From NCBI GenBank assembly GCA_013265495.1, contig MU061616.1:3116696-3180695 (forward strand): DNA of 64,000 nucleotides, given 5' to 3'. The notes under the pieces are model-generated. The model did not search any database. It worked only from the letters and a program-made list of their open reading frames with translations, and was not told where the DNA came from. Source of the DNA: Vicugna vicugna (lineage: Eukaryota). Positions 1-10,620 of this stretch are shown here, piece by piece. The first letter of the stretch is position 1. Each line of letters opens with the position of its first letter. The translations under genes were made by a program, and so were the position numbers.

Positions 1-2070
1 GTTCTTAGGGTAGAGTTCTAATGATTATTCCCCCTTTCCATGAAGAAGTATATATTTTCATATGTCTGCAAACTACTTACTTTAAGCTTCAGGAGGAATC
101 CTCCCGTGACAGTGTTCAGTATATGATTTTATGACTGAGATTCCTTCTCTGCTCTCTGGAAGGATTATACTCACCCCCTAGAGATGACAGGAGGACTTGT
201 AAAACCAGATCTTTCCTCCCAAATCAGTTATTTATGGGTCACTGAAATGTTGGATATGATAAAAATAAAAGTGATTTTATGATATTTGAAAGTATTTCTT
301 TTCTGTGTCACTGCTGAAAGCTTTTATTAAGTCATATAGTTGTACTCTGAGTATAATTTCTAAGAAAAGAATGTCAAGTTGGTAACATAACTAACCAGCC
401 CAGGGCAAGTGGTGCATTAGTTCACAGAACAGTCTTTTTGACTTGCCCTCCAAACTAAAGACTTTCAGATCGAGGTCCACAGCCTTCCAAATTGAAGACA
501 CCAGCTAGAAAGAGCACAGCATCAGACATCAAAGAGAAAAAACGGTTTTACTCGTCCCAGACTTTCCCTGAGTCTGGGTTATGGATTAGGTATAAAATAA
601 GCCTTTGGTTTCAACACGTACAAAGCAGAGGAGATACAGCAGTGAACAAAACACTGTCCCTGCCACTACAAACTAGAGCGAGTCAATTGGAAAGCATAAT
701 TTTACCATAAACTATGACCAAGAAAGCACAGTTCCTTAGAACACCTAACTCAGGACCAAGAAAGGCTTCTGGTGTGAGGGGAGGTGGGGAGGGTTGGAAA
801 TACCTTATTTGATTTTGCAAAACAGCAGCCCTCCAAAATGACCTTCTCAGCTTTAATTTTTCTACTAAATGTAGTAGCCACTACTCTCTCATCATGTGAG
901 TAATATTAATTACCCACTTTTCTCAATTGGGCACTTGGAGAAATAGGAAGCCATTTTAAGAGAGAAGAGTACAGAGTTGCCTCATCCAGGAATCTTTAGC
1001 CATTTCAGTGTCCTGGGTTCAGCTGCATCAGGTTAGTAGCTGTCTCATATGTCATGGCCCCTGTGCTCGCCAGCACAGTGACTCCTAAACAGGAGGGAAG
1101 AAGGGAGTCATTTGGGCTGCTCAGACTTGGGTCCACCTCGGAGAGCCTGGAGGCTTAGCCTCCTCCTGCCGTTGCTTCTCACTGCCACATGGTGTCACTG
1201 TTGACAGGGATTCCTACACAGTCCATCAAGCCCTGTGGTACTGCAGATCCAGGTTCCCAGGCTGGCCGCCATGGATCTTCCAAGAGGATGATCTGCTTGG
1301 TCCAGCTTGGTCGGGGCTTGGTCTAGCTCGGGTGATGCCTTGCATGGGTTTCCAGGGTGACAGTTCTTAGAGCTGGGTACTTTGGATTAGCTGTTCCCCA
1401 AGGGTCCTCAGATTTGGGTAGGCCCTTCCCCTTGTAGATTTGGAACCTCTGTCTCCGTTCCCAGGGATTCACACAATGAGGGGTCAGGAGGCCCCTCCCA
1501 GTCAATTCTTACAGCACAAAGGGTCTCATTACATTTCTTTTCCAGAGTATAGAGCTGGTCTCTGCCCTTCCTTCTAAGGAGGGAATTAGAAGGATTCTGC
1601 CATCCTCTCCAGGAGGCCCCACCCCCTAAAAGGCTTTGATCACACTCCTCTTCTAAACAACGGAGCAACTGGCTCACACTTAACTATAGCGACGCTGATT
1701 ATCTCCAGGAGATGAAAACTATCTTTAATACTCCAAAAGCTTATCCTCTTAGGAAAGTCAAGGTGACTTTCTTTTAGGCCTGAGAAAATACAAATCTTCA
1801 GTGGGGCTTCTTACTATAGGGATAATAGTAGTGATAACCTATTATAGGATTCCATTTGAAAAGAAATGACGTAGTACTTGTCAAAACACTAGCATACTTC
1901 AATTAAAAAATTTTAAAAAACACCAGCATGGTGTCATATACATGTGTTCACAAGTATTAGCTTTTATCACATGCAGGCGGTAATCATTCCCACAATTATA
2001 ATAAACTGAAAGCAAGAGTCAAAAAATCTGTGGCAGCCATTGAGGGCCATCAGAAGTCATACACACCAGC

Positions 2071-3392
2071 TGTTGGGAAAACTGGACAGTTGCATGTAAA
2101 TCAATGAGGTTAGAACACTCCCTCACACCATACACAAAAATAAACTCAAAATGGCTTAAAGACCTAAAGACAAGATACTATAAACCTCAGACGAAAACAT
2201 AGGCAAAACATTACCTGACAGAAATCTCAGCAATGTTCTCCTAGGGCAGTCTACTCAGGCAACAGAAATAAAAGCAAAAATAAACAAATGAGACCTAATT
2301 AAACTTATAAGCTTTTGTATAGCAAAGGAAACCGTAAGCAAAACAAAAAGATGACCTATGGAATGGGAGAAAATGTTTGCAAAAGATGAGACTGACAAGG
2401 GCTTAATTTCCAGAATATATGAACAGCTCATACAGCTTAATAAGAAAAAAACAAACAACCCAATCCAAAAATGGGCAGAAGACCTAAACAAGCAATTCTC
2501 TAGTTAAGACATACAAATGGCCAATAGGCACATGAAAAAATGCTCACTATCACTAATTATCAGAGAAATGCAAATCAAAACTACCATGAGGTATCACCTC
2601 ACACCAGTCAGAACGGCCATCTTCAGAAGTCACAGANNNNNNNNNNNNNNNNNNNNNNNNNNNNNNNNNNNNNNNNNNNNNNNNNNNNNNNNNNNNNNNN
2701 NNNNNNNNNNNNNNNNNNNNNNNNNNNNNNNNNNNNNNNNNNNNNNNNNNNNNNNNNNNNNNNNNNGATCCAGCAAGCCCACTCCTGGGCATATATCCAG
2801 AGGGAATCAATTCAAAANNNNNNNNNNNNNNNNNNNNNNNNNNNNNNNNNNNNNNNNNNNNNNNNNNNNNNNNNNNNNNNNNNNNNNNNNNNNNNNNNNN
2901 NNNNNNNNNNNNNNNNNNNNNNNNNNNNNNNNNNNNNNNNNNNNNNNNNNNNNNNNTAATGCCATTTGCAGTAACATGGATGGACTTGGAGATTGTCATT
3001 CTAAGTGAAGTAAGCCAGAAAGAAAAAGAAAAATACCATATGATATCACTTATATGTGGAATTAAAAAAAAAAGACAAACTTATTTACAAAACATAAGCA
3101 GACTTACAGACATAGAAAATAAACTTATGGTTACCAGGGGGAAGGGGGTGGGAAGGGATAAATTGGGAGTTTGAGATTTGCAGATACTAACTAATATATA
3201 CAAAATAGATAAACAAGTTCATACTGTATAGCACAGGGAAATATATTCAATATATGACAGTAACTTATGGTGAAAAAGAATATGAAAATGAATATCTGTA
3301 TGTTCATGTATGACTGAAGCATTATGCTGTACATCAGAAACTGACACAACATTGTAAACTGACTATATTTCAATAAAAATATATATACAAAA
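2071..3392 (+). mobile_element. 5'-truncated LINE-1 (ORF2 3' end, 3' UTR and A-rich tail)
   Basis: Translates to L1 ORF2 C-terminal motifs (CWENW...[10 protein letters not shown]; [27 protein letters not shown]; MPFAVTWMDLEIVILSEV) with frameshifts. Ends in AATAAAAA and an A-rich tail. Degenerate 17-bp flanking repeat at 2054-2070 (aagtcatacacaccagc) and 3393-3409 (aagtgatatataccatc), 13/17 identical. Two N runs inside. Confidence 0.93.
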
Positions 3393-3518
3393 AAGTGATA
3401 TATACCATCAATACTTCCTTTCTCTTTTTCCATTGTGTTCTCTCTTCCTCCTTTTCTATTCTGTTTTCTCTTCTTTCCTCCCCCCCACCTTTTTTTGTTC
3501 TCTAAGATTTAGGACTAC

Positions 3519-3644
3519 TAGGAGGATACAAATTGTCCCAGTTTGCATCGAGCAGAGGGTGATCCTGGGACACTGGGACATTGGAACATTTCGGTGCTAA
3601 AATTGGGAAAGTCTCATGTAAACAGGGACAAGTTGGTCACCCTA
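3519..3644. mobile_element. hAT-type MITE (MER96/MER91-like)
   Basis: Imperfect terminal inverted repeats: left taggaggatacaaattgtcccagtttgc, right gtaaacagggacaagttggtcacccta. About 125 bp long. Family name from memory. Confidence 0.6.
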
Positions 3645-4044
3645 ACACTGGTATCTCTCAAAGTGTTTCTCAGCCTTGCTGGGGCCTTCTGAATTAAAGA
3701 AGCACAAAGCAGTATCATGTTTGCTTATCCCAGGAGCCCAGGTCCTATAATTCTGAGGAGGACTTGTAAAGAAAGGGAAAAGGCTCAGTTCTGCTCTGAG
3801 CTGCATATAAAAAGGACACAACTCACCATGTGTCTCAGCAAAGCTGATGGAAGAAATTCAGAATGGTTCCAGTAAATTTTAAAAATTACACGGAGTCAGA
3901 AAAGCATTATTCCAAGGGGTCTAGGATTACTTGAGCTCTGCCTACTGAACTCTTCCTTGTTCAAATCTCACAAATCTTACCCAGGGGAAGATTTTTCATT
4001 AGAAAACATTTTCAAAAATTTCTAAATTATGCATTTGGATGTAA

Positions 4045-4275
4045 TGTACACCGTGGTGCCTATAGCTAATACTGTATTGCACATTTGAAAGTTGCTGAGA
4101 GTACATCTTAAAAGTTCTCATCACAAGAAAACACTTTTTGTAGCTATGTATGGTGACAGATATTAATTAGACTTATTGTGGTGATCATTTCCCAATATAA
4201 GCAAATATCAAATCATTATGTTGTACACCTGAAACTAATATAATGTTTTATGCTAATTATACCTCGATTAAAAAA
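4045..4275 (+). mobile_element. Old L1M 3' end fragment
   Basis: Matches the L1MA/MB 3' UTR pattern (aatactgtattgcacatttgaaagttgctgagag...ttgtacacctgaaactaatataatg) and ends in an A-rich run. Confidence 0.7.
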
Positions 4276-4276
4276 T

Positions 4277-4548
4277 CTAAATTGTGGCAAAATATACATA
4301 ACATAAAATTTACCATTTTAAGAGTACAGTTCAATAATATCAACTACATTCACATTGTTGCGTAGCCAATCTCCGGAACTCGTTTTCACTTCGCAAAACT
4401 GAAACTCTACCCGTTAAACAACTCCCGATGGGCCCTCCCCCTAGACCCTGGTAACCAGCAGTCTACCTTCTGTCTCTGTGAATTTGACTACTATAAGAAC
4501 CTCATGTTTGAGGAATCACCCAGTATTTGTCTTTTTGCTACTGGCTTA
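4277..4548 (-). mobile_element. Old L1M 3' end fragment, opposite orientation
   Basis: aaatatacataacataaaatttaccatttt...aaactgaaactctacccgttaaacaactccc...ggaatcacccagtatttgtctttttg, a typical reverse-strand L1MB/MC tail. Confidence 0.7.
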
Positions 4549-4699
4549 GAACTTTGTAAAATGACTGGTTAGAATTAGAAGCAGAGAGCCCAGCAATTGG
4601 CCCAGGTCTCCTATGTCCTCCCCCAGCTCCCCACCCCCTACTCTTTTTACCAGCACAGTACCTGTGGACACGTGCATCATATTTCTGTGGTCCTGACTC

Positions 4700-4850
4700 A
4701 GTGCATCTCAGCCATCTCACCCAGGGAGTTTTAAAAGTTCTCTTGTCCAGATCCCATCCCAGATCAGTTAAAGTCAAAATCTCAGGGAGTGGAGGCTACT
4801 GTCAGAATTGTTTAGAAAATACCCCAGGCGTTTCTAATTTGCAGTGAAGG
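4700..4850. mobile_element. MER5-like hAT-Charlie DNA transposon remnant
   Basis: cccagatcagttaaagtcaaaatctcaggg...accccaggcgtttctaatttgcag resembles the MER5A core. Confidence 0.55.
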
Positions 4851-5871
4851 TATTCACTGCCTAACTGAAGAGCTGAAAGGCAGAATAACAGTTGACAAAT
4901 CAGAGTTCAGGGTAGATGGTCTTTAAGATCGTTTAAACTCAGAAAGTTTGCAAAATCAACTAGCATCTTGGTAATTCTCAGCCAGCCTTGGTTGCCTTGA
5001 TTCAGCAACAGCTGTTAAGGAGTTGAGAGGACGCTCTCTGGAGTGTGGCTCCCCCTGCAGTCTACTGCTGTCATGACAACCCTACTTAAAAACCCTCTAG
5101 TGGCTGTAACTCCCCTCTCTGTAGGCACCCCTCTCCTGCCACACTGATTTAGCATACACTTCTTAAGAAGGCCCATTTTCCTTTTAAAACACTTATTCAG
5201 TGCAAGAGATAATTATATTTGTGTTCAATACATCAATTTCTAAAGACCATGAGATTTGCAAGTAATTCTAAGTTCAAATGAGGGATGTTACAGAAATACA
5301 GATTTCAGCTTGATATAAGAAATACTTACCTGAAAACAGAGTGGCTTAATGCAATAAGTTATCTTGTGAAACAGTGGTTCCCTTGACACTGGTGCTATAC
5401 AAGTGAGTACCACCTGTGAGGAATGCTATATAGTAAGATTCCTAAATTAGAAGGTATTAGGATGATCTAGGAGGCCCTTCTAACTTCAAAACTCCATGAA
5501 TTTAAAGTCAGACAATTAAAGAATATTCTAAGGTAGAGGAGTGGTTTCTGAGCTAAGAAATGGAGCTCTAGGGTTCTGATTGCTCCAACTTTCAACCACT
5601 CCCCCCGTTTACATTTACATTACTACATGTAAACAATCCCAAATGAACACAGGTGAGTCCAATTTTGAGGCCACTTCATTATAGCATGTAAAATTTGGGG
5701 ATTTCAGGATGATTTATTAGGTTGAATATTTGCATTGTAAAAGAATGATTGACTTTGTAAAATCATGCTTGACTAATAGTTACTTTGAGTATCTAGGTAT
5801 TGAGTTATGGGTCCCTAGTTACTTAGCCAAGGTGCTTGAGTGACTAAAAACTTAATTCTAAAGCTGTCCTT

Positions 5872-6460
5872 CATATATCTGGAGAAATTTCTCATTTTAA
5901 AAGACACATGCCGCCCAATATTCATAGCAGGACTATTTATAATAGCTGAGAGATGGAAGCAACCTAAATGTCCATCAACAGATGATTGGATAAAGAACTT
6001 GTGGTTGTATATATACACAATGGATTACTACCGAGCCATAAAAAAGAATAAAATAATACCATTTGCAGCAACGTGGATGGATCTGGAGATCATCATACTA
6101 AGTAAGCCACAAAGAGAAAGAAAAATACCACATGATATCATTTATATGTGGAATATTAAAAAATGACACAAATGAACTTATTTATCAAACAGAAACAGAC
6201 TCACAGACATAGAAAACAAACTTACGGTTACCAAAGAGGGAAGGGGAGCAGTAAATTAGGAGTTTGGGATTAGCAGATACAAACTACTATATATTAAATA
6301 GATAAACAGCAAGTTCCTACTGTACAGCACAGGGAACTATATTTAATAGCTTGTAATAACCTATAATGAAAAAGAATATATTTATGTATAACTGAATCAC
6401 TATACTGAACACCAGAAACTGACACAACATTTTAAATCAACTATACTTCAGCAAAAAAAA
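5872..6460 (+). mobile_element. Short 5'-truncated LINE-1 3' end (same family as 2071-3392)
   Basis: Encodes KDTCRPIFIAGLFIIAERWKQPKCPSTDDWIK...ATWMDLEIIILS. Its 3' UTR is closely similar to 3000-3390 and it has a poly(A) tail at 6453-6461. Confidence 0.92.
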
Positions 6461-7759
6461 AGCCACCTTTTTAAGTTCATTTGGAAATAAAAAAAGAGAT
6501 GCCATCTGAGATGCCATTAGGAAAACAGAACATAATTCAGTAACAAGTAGTTAAACATTCCATTGGAAAACATGGAAAACCCCACAATTCAGTGTAAAAA
6601 CGGCTGCAACTTCTTGAGTGCTGTAATGTGTCAATCACTTCAGAAACACCATTTCATTTAACCCTCACATAGGCCTTACAAGGCAATATAGTATTATTTA
6701 AATTTTGTAGGTGCAGAAACTGGGTCTCAGGGAGGTTAAGTAATTTATTCAGGGGCATGGTTTCAAGTCCAAGTCTCTCTGATTCGCTCCCTGATACCAA
6801 GTTATCCCAATCCACTCCTCTTAGAACAAACTGCTCCCTAACAGCTTGAAGACTGAGTGTGTCTGGGTTAATTTTTGCCCTTAAAACTCAATATCAATTA
6901 GTTACCAATGTTTAAAAATTAGATTTCATATGAAAGTCTGGATGTCCTGTCTGTCTCGAGTAATCAGAAGGTCTGGCAGCCTTGCTCCTGCAATCCTGAA
7001 TGCAGGACTTGAATGCAGACTTGAGTGAGGAGGCGGGATGGGCCCCATCCTTAGCTAGAGCCTGAGATCTTTAGGTTGCTCTGGTCCCCCCGCCCCAACT
7101 CTGTGTTGGATCCTCACAAGGCAGCAGAGCGCCAGCTGCCATGTCTCCCTTCCCAGGCAGCTCTCATTATTGTGTATTTATCTGCCTGACACCTATTGGT
7201 ACTGAATTTGCAAGCTCTGATTTACAATCTGTCTTCCACATCCCTTGACCCAGTTCAGGTCCCAAACACTCTGGTTCTGTTTGAGACAAACAGAACCAGA
7301 ATGCATCGTTCCCATTGCCCGAGGGCAATTTGGCCTAATGTGTATTCACATTAAAATTTCTACACAAAAGTAATTCTATGATTTCTCTTGTTTCCTCATA
7401 CATTGGGGCGTTTTGCTTCTGTATTTAATAGCCTGTCTTGCTTTCCTTTCTTCCCACTCTTGGGGGCTAGGTTGGGATGGTGGTGCAGGTTGGGGAGCCT
7501 CTAAGTACGTCATGGGGTAGGGGTGGAGTGGTGCTGACCTATGACTGCCCAGCAGCCCAGGACTTCAGGCCTGGGGAGTGGACTGGGTGTGTAATAGGGG
7601 GGAGTGAACGTGTCCGCTTCTTTGGAGCTCAGGAAGAACTGGGTCAACTATCATTCAGTGTCTGGGTTCCCACAGACCCCACAGGATCCCTACAGGTAAC
7701 ACGCCCCCTCCTCCCCATCATAGAATGACACCGACTCAGACAATATGATGCAACCTCAT

Positions 7760-7765
7760 TTTATT
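7760..7765 (-). terminator. GH1 polyadenylation signal AATAAA
   Basis: tttatt on the + strand, about 80 nt beyond the stop codon. Confidence 0.9.
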
Positions 7766-7845
7766 AGGAAAGGGTGGTGGGCACTGGAGTGGCACTTTCC
7801 AGGGTCAGGGGAGGTGCTGGGGAGGGGTAACAGATTGCCCAGCAA

Positions 7846-9416
7846 CTAGAAGGCACAGCTGCTCTCCACAAAGCGGCGACACTTCATGACCCGCAGGTAG
7901 GTCTCAGCCTTGTGCAGGTCCTTCTTGAAGCAGGAGAGCAGCCCGTAGTTTTTGAGCAGCGCGTCATCACTGCGCAAGTTTGTGTCAAACTTGTCGTAGG
8001 TTTGCCTGAGGATCTGCCCAGCCCGGGGGCTGCCATCTTCCAGCTCCTGCAAAAGACAGGGAGAGACAGAGAGGCCGAGTCCTTGGGAGTCGCTCCTTCC
8101 CTTCCCCTCCACTTCCCACCCTCCCCTCCAGGCTTGGAAAAGAGCAAGGAGGAAGCATTCAAAAGGGGAAATGGGAAAAAGATTTCTCCTGGGTCCAGGC
8201 TGGACGCTACAGACAGAGCAGGGCGCCTCTCTCCCCAGCCCACCTTAGCCCCCCACCCCTCGGCTAAGGCAGGAGAGGGCAGGCCTGGGGCCAGATAGGG
8301 GACCCACGACGGCCATCCCCACCCGCATCAGGGCCTGGATGCCTTCCTCTAGGTCCTTCAGCTTCTCATAGACGCGGTCCGAGGTGCCAAACACCAGGCT
8401 GTTGGTGAAGACCCTGCTGAGGAACTGCACAGGCCCGAGCCAAGACTGGATGAGCAGCAGCGAGAAGCGGAGCAGCTCCACGTCCTGCGGACCGAAGTGG
8501 GGGCGGTGGGTGCTGCGGGCTCAGGCCAACCCACCATCCTCCGCCGCCATCCCATCACCCGCCGCCGCCTTGGAGAGAAGGCTGCCCAGGATCCAGTGTG
8601 AAGAGATGGGGCAACATTCTTAGGAAGAAGGAGGTCCCTGCTCCTCGGCCGGGCGGCGATGACCACTCACCGATCTCTGCTGGGCCTCGTCCTTGCCTGT
8701 GGGGGCCGGGATGGTCTCCGAGAAACAGAAGGCAGCCTGGGCGTTCTGAATGGAGTATCTCTGTCCCTCCGGGATGTAGGTGCGCTCCTGGACAAAGGAA
8801 CACCCGCACCAGATCTGAGCTGGTGCACTGTCCTCCTCACTGCTTTATGCAGAACCCCCCTCCCTCAGTTTATGCTCACCTGACAGCATCTTCACTTGGA
8901 TAAGATACCCCTGAACTTGTTAGTTTCCTCCCATTATGCAGAGGGGGGTGGGTTCACCCCTTCCTGCCACCCTCCACTAGCACCCATCCCTGAGGAGCTT
9001 ACAAACTCTTTGTAGGTGTCAGCAGCCAGCTGGTGCAGGTGCTGGGCGCGGAGCACAGCGTTGGCAAACAGGCTGGACAGAGGCATGGCTGGGAAGGCAC
9101 CCGCCTCCTGAGGCCAGGGCAGGCAGAGCAGGGTGAAAGCCAGGAGCATGGAGGTCCGAGGGCCTAGAGAGACAACCGGAGGGCCAGCGAGGAAGGGGCC
9201 CGGAGACCCAGAGGCCTCGTCTCCTGCCAGCCCTCTCTCTGCTCCAAGTGCCTTTCCTTTCTAAAACGTAGCCAAATATGTGGGCATAGATATCCACGCT
9301 CACATTCAGAAGCCCCAAAGGCCAAGGTTAGTGCCCTATCCATCTGCAGGGCCCCCACATCACCCTTCTGTACACATCAAGCCTAAGGGGATTTTAGGGC
9401 ACTTACCTGCAGCCAT
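7846..9416 (-). CDS. GH1: Growth hormone (somatotropin) precursor, 216 aa, 5 exons
   Basis: Coding exons 9416-9407, 9163-9003, 8787-8671, 8484-8323 and 8046-7846 (10+161+117+162+201 = 651 nt), all introns GT-AG. Protein [66 protein letters not shown]...ILRQTYDKF...[14 protein letters not shown]. Only one copy in the window. Confidence 0.99.
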
Positions 9417-9476
9417 CACAGCTGGCGAGCTGTCCACAGGACCCTGAGCGGTTTGGGGAGCTAGGCCCTGGGATCC

Positions 9477-9650
9477 TGGAATTGGTCCCTGGTGGGCCCT
9501 TTTTATGCCCGGGCCTCCTCTCTCTCCCTCTGCCCCCACTTATTTTCTATACATTTATGCATGGGCCGCTGACCGGCCTGTGCTAATGGATAATTTAGAA
9601 CCTCCTCCCACTCATCCTGTCCCCGCTCCTCCTCTGGGGTCATGTCCCCC
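9477..9650 (-). promoter_or_regulatory. GH proximal promoter
   Basis: Read on the gene strand: cap-site AGGATCC at about 9477; TATA position CATAAAAA 9507-9500; proximal Pit-1 site ATGCATAAATGTA 9562-9550; Z-box-like spacer 9583-9566; distal Pit-1 site TAAATTATCCATTA 9597-9584; Sp1-like TGGGAGGAGG 9610-9601; TRE-like palindrome GGGACATGACCC 9648-9637. Same order as in known mammalian GH promoters. Confidence 0.93.
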
Positions 9651-10088
9651 AGGCTTGTCATCTTCCCCTTGCCCCTGTCACCAGCCCTGAGGTTTGTACA
9701 CGCAGGGTCCATCTGTGTGAGACACCACCCAATCTGTTCTCTTTTTAAGGGAGAGGTGGTAGAAGGAAGTAACCTGAGTCCAGGTGTGCACTGGCAGGGT
9801 GTCATTGTGTGTTGTCCATCAGGGTGAGGAGGGCCCAAGCTGGTCCCCCAAAGAGAGGCTGTGTCAGGATGGATGGAGCTATGCTGACGCTTCCTCGCTC
9901 TCTACTGCTCCATTCCCCCTTCTTGCACTGCTCCCCTCCATCCATCAGAGAGAATGTGTGTGCTGGGAAAGGGGGCCACCAATAGCAAGAGATTATGGGG
10001 TTTCTGGGCACAGATTCTGCCTTTGCCCCTTCACCATCCTCCTGTCACCTAATCCACCTGAGGCAGCTGGATGCAGTGCTAAGACTGA

Positions 10089-10102
10089 CCACTAGAGGGC
10101 TC
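10089..10102 (+). promoter_or_regulatory. Predicted CTCF site
   Basis: CCACTAGAGGGCTC, a 13/14 match to CCASYAGRKGGCRS, about 0.6 kb upstream of the GH cap site. Confidence 0.6.
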
Positions 10103-10429
10103 CAGCTCCACACATTGCCCTCCCCTCTCCCCAAGCTCAGAGGCTCCCCTAGGACGGTGGGGCTAAGAACCAAAACTGAAGGCATTGCCCCTGCTCCTCG
10201 GATCTACCACAGAGATGCAAACTGAGAAGCAGAAATCCCGGGAACAGACATTTCCTGCAAGTGCTTCCTCCCGTAGCCTTGTCACTGTCAGAGAATCTTA
10301 AATTTGAGAGTCCTGGAGGGCTTAAGTCTCACTCCCAACATTGGAGCTACGGGCACCCGGAAAGATGCCCTCTCCAGTCATTGTAGCCTCCTCGCAAGAT
10401 TTCTTCTTCTCCTTTTAATATCTGCATAG

Positions 10430-10620
10430 AGTTTACCAGGTTGTGAAGAGCGTGCCTATGCAATCTCACATTAGACCCTTGTGACCATCTGCAAAGGAGA
10501 TATTATTTTCACCCCATTTTATAGAGGAGGAAACCAAGGCTCAGAGAGGCTTACTTACACGAGCTACCTCAGCCAAGGCAGCAGATCTCCAAATCCTTGT
10601 CCTTTCCATGTTGCAGGATG
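10430..10620 (-). mobile_element. MIR SINE
   Basis: MIR core ccccattttatagaggaggaaaccaaggctcagagagg. Confidence 0.75.

Noticed and set aside
960-1680. GC-elevated segment with short minus-strand ORFs (1323-1505, 1408-1677); possible pseudogene or TCAM1-related sequence expected on this side of GH
   Set aside because: I translated the three minus-strand frames and part of the plus strand; all contain stops and I recognised no Ig-like or other protein motif. A tBLASTn/BLASTx search is needed.
3804-3876. TATAAAAAGG followed by CACCATG
   Set aside because: The ORF is only 15 codons, has no splice or homology support and lies among repeats; probably chance.
5860-6470. TSD around the short L1
   Set aside because: Best pair aaagctgtcctt / aaagccaccttt is only 8/12 identical, too weak to call.
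7846-9416. Possible primate-like GH/placental lactogen duplication
   Set aside because: Only one GH-like gene is present in the window, and 7.7 kb of downstream DNA shows no paralogous exon.
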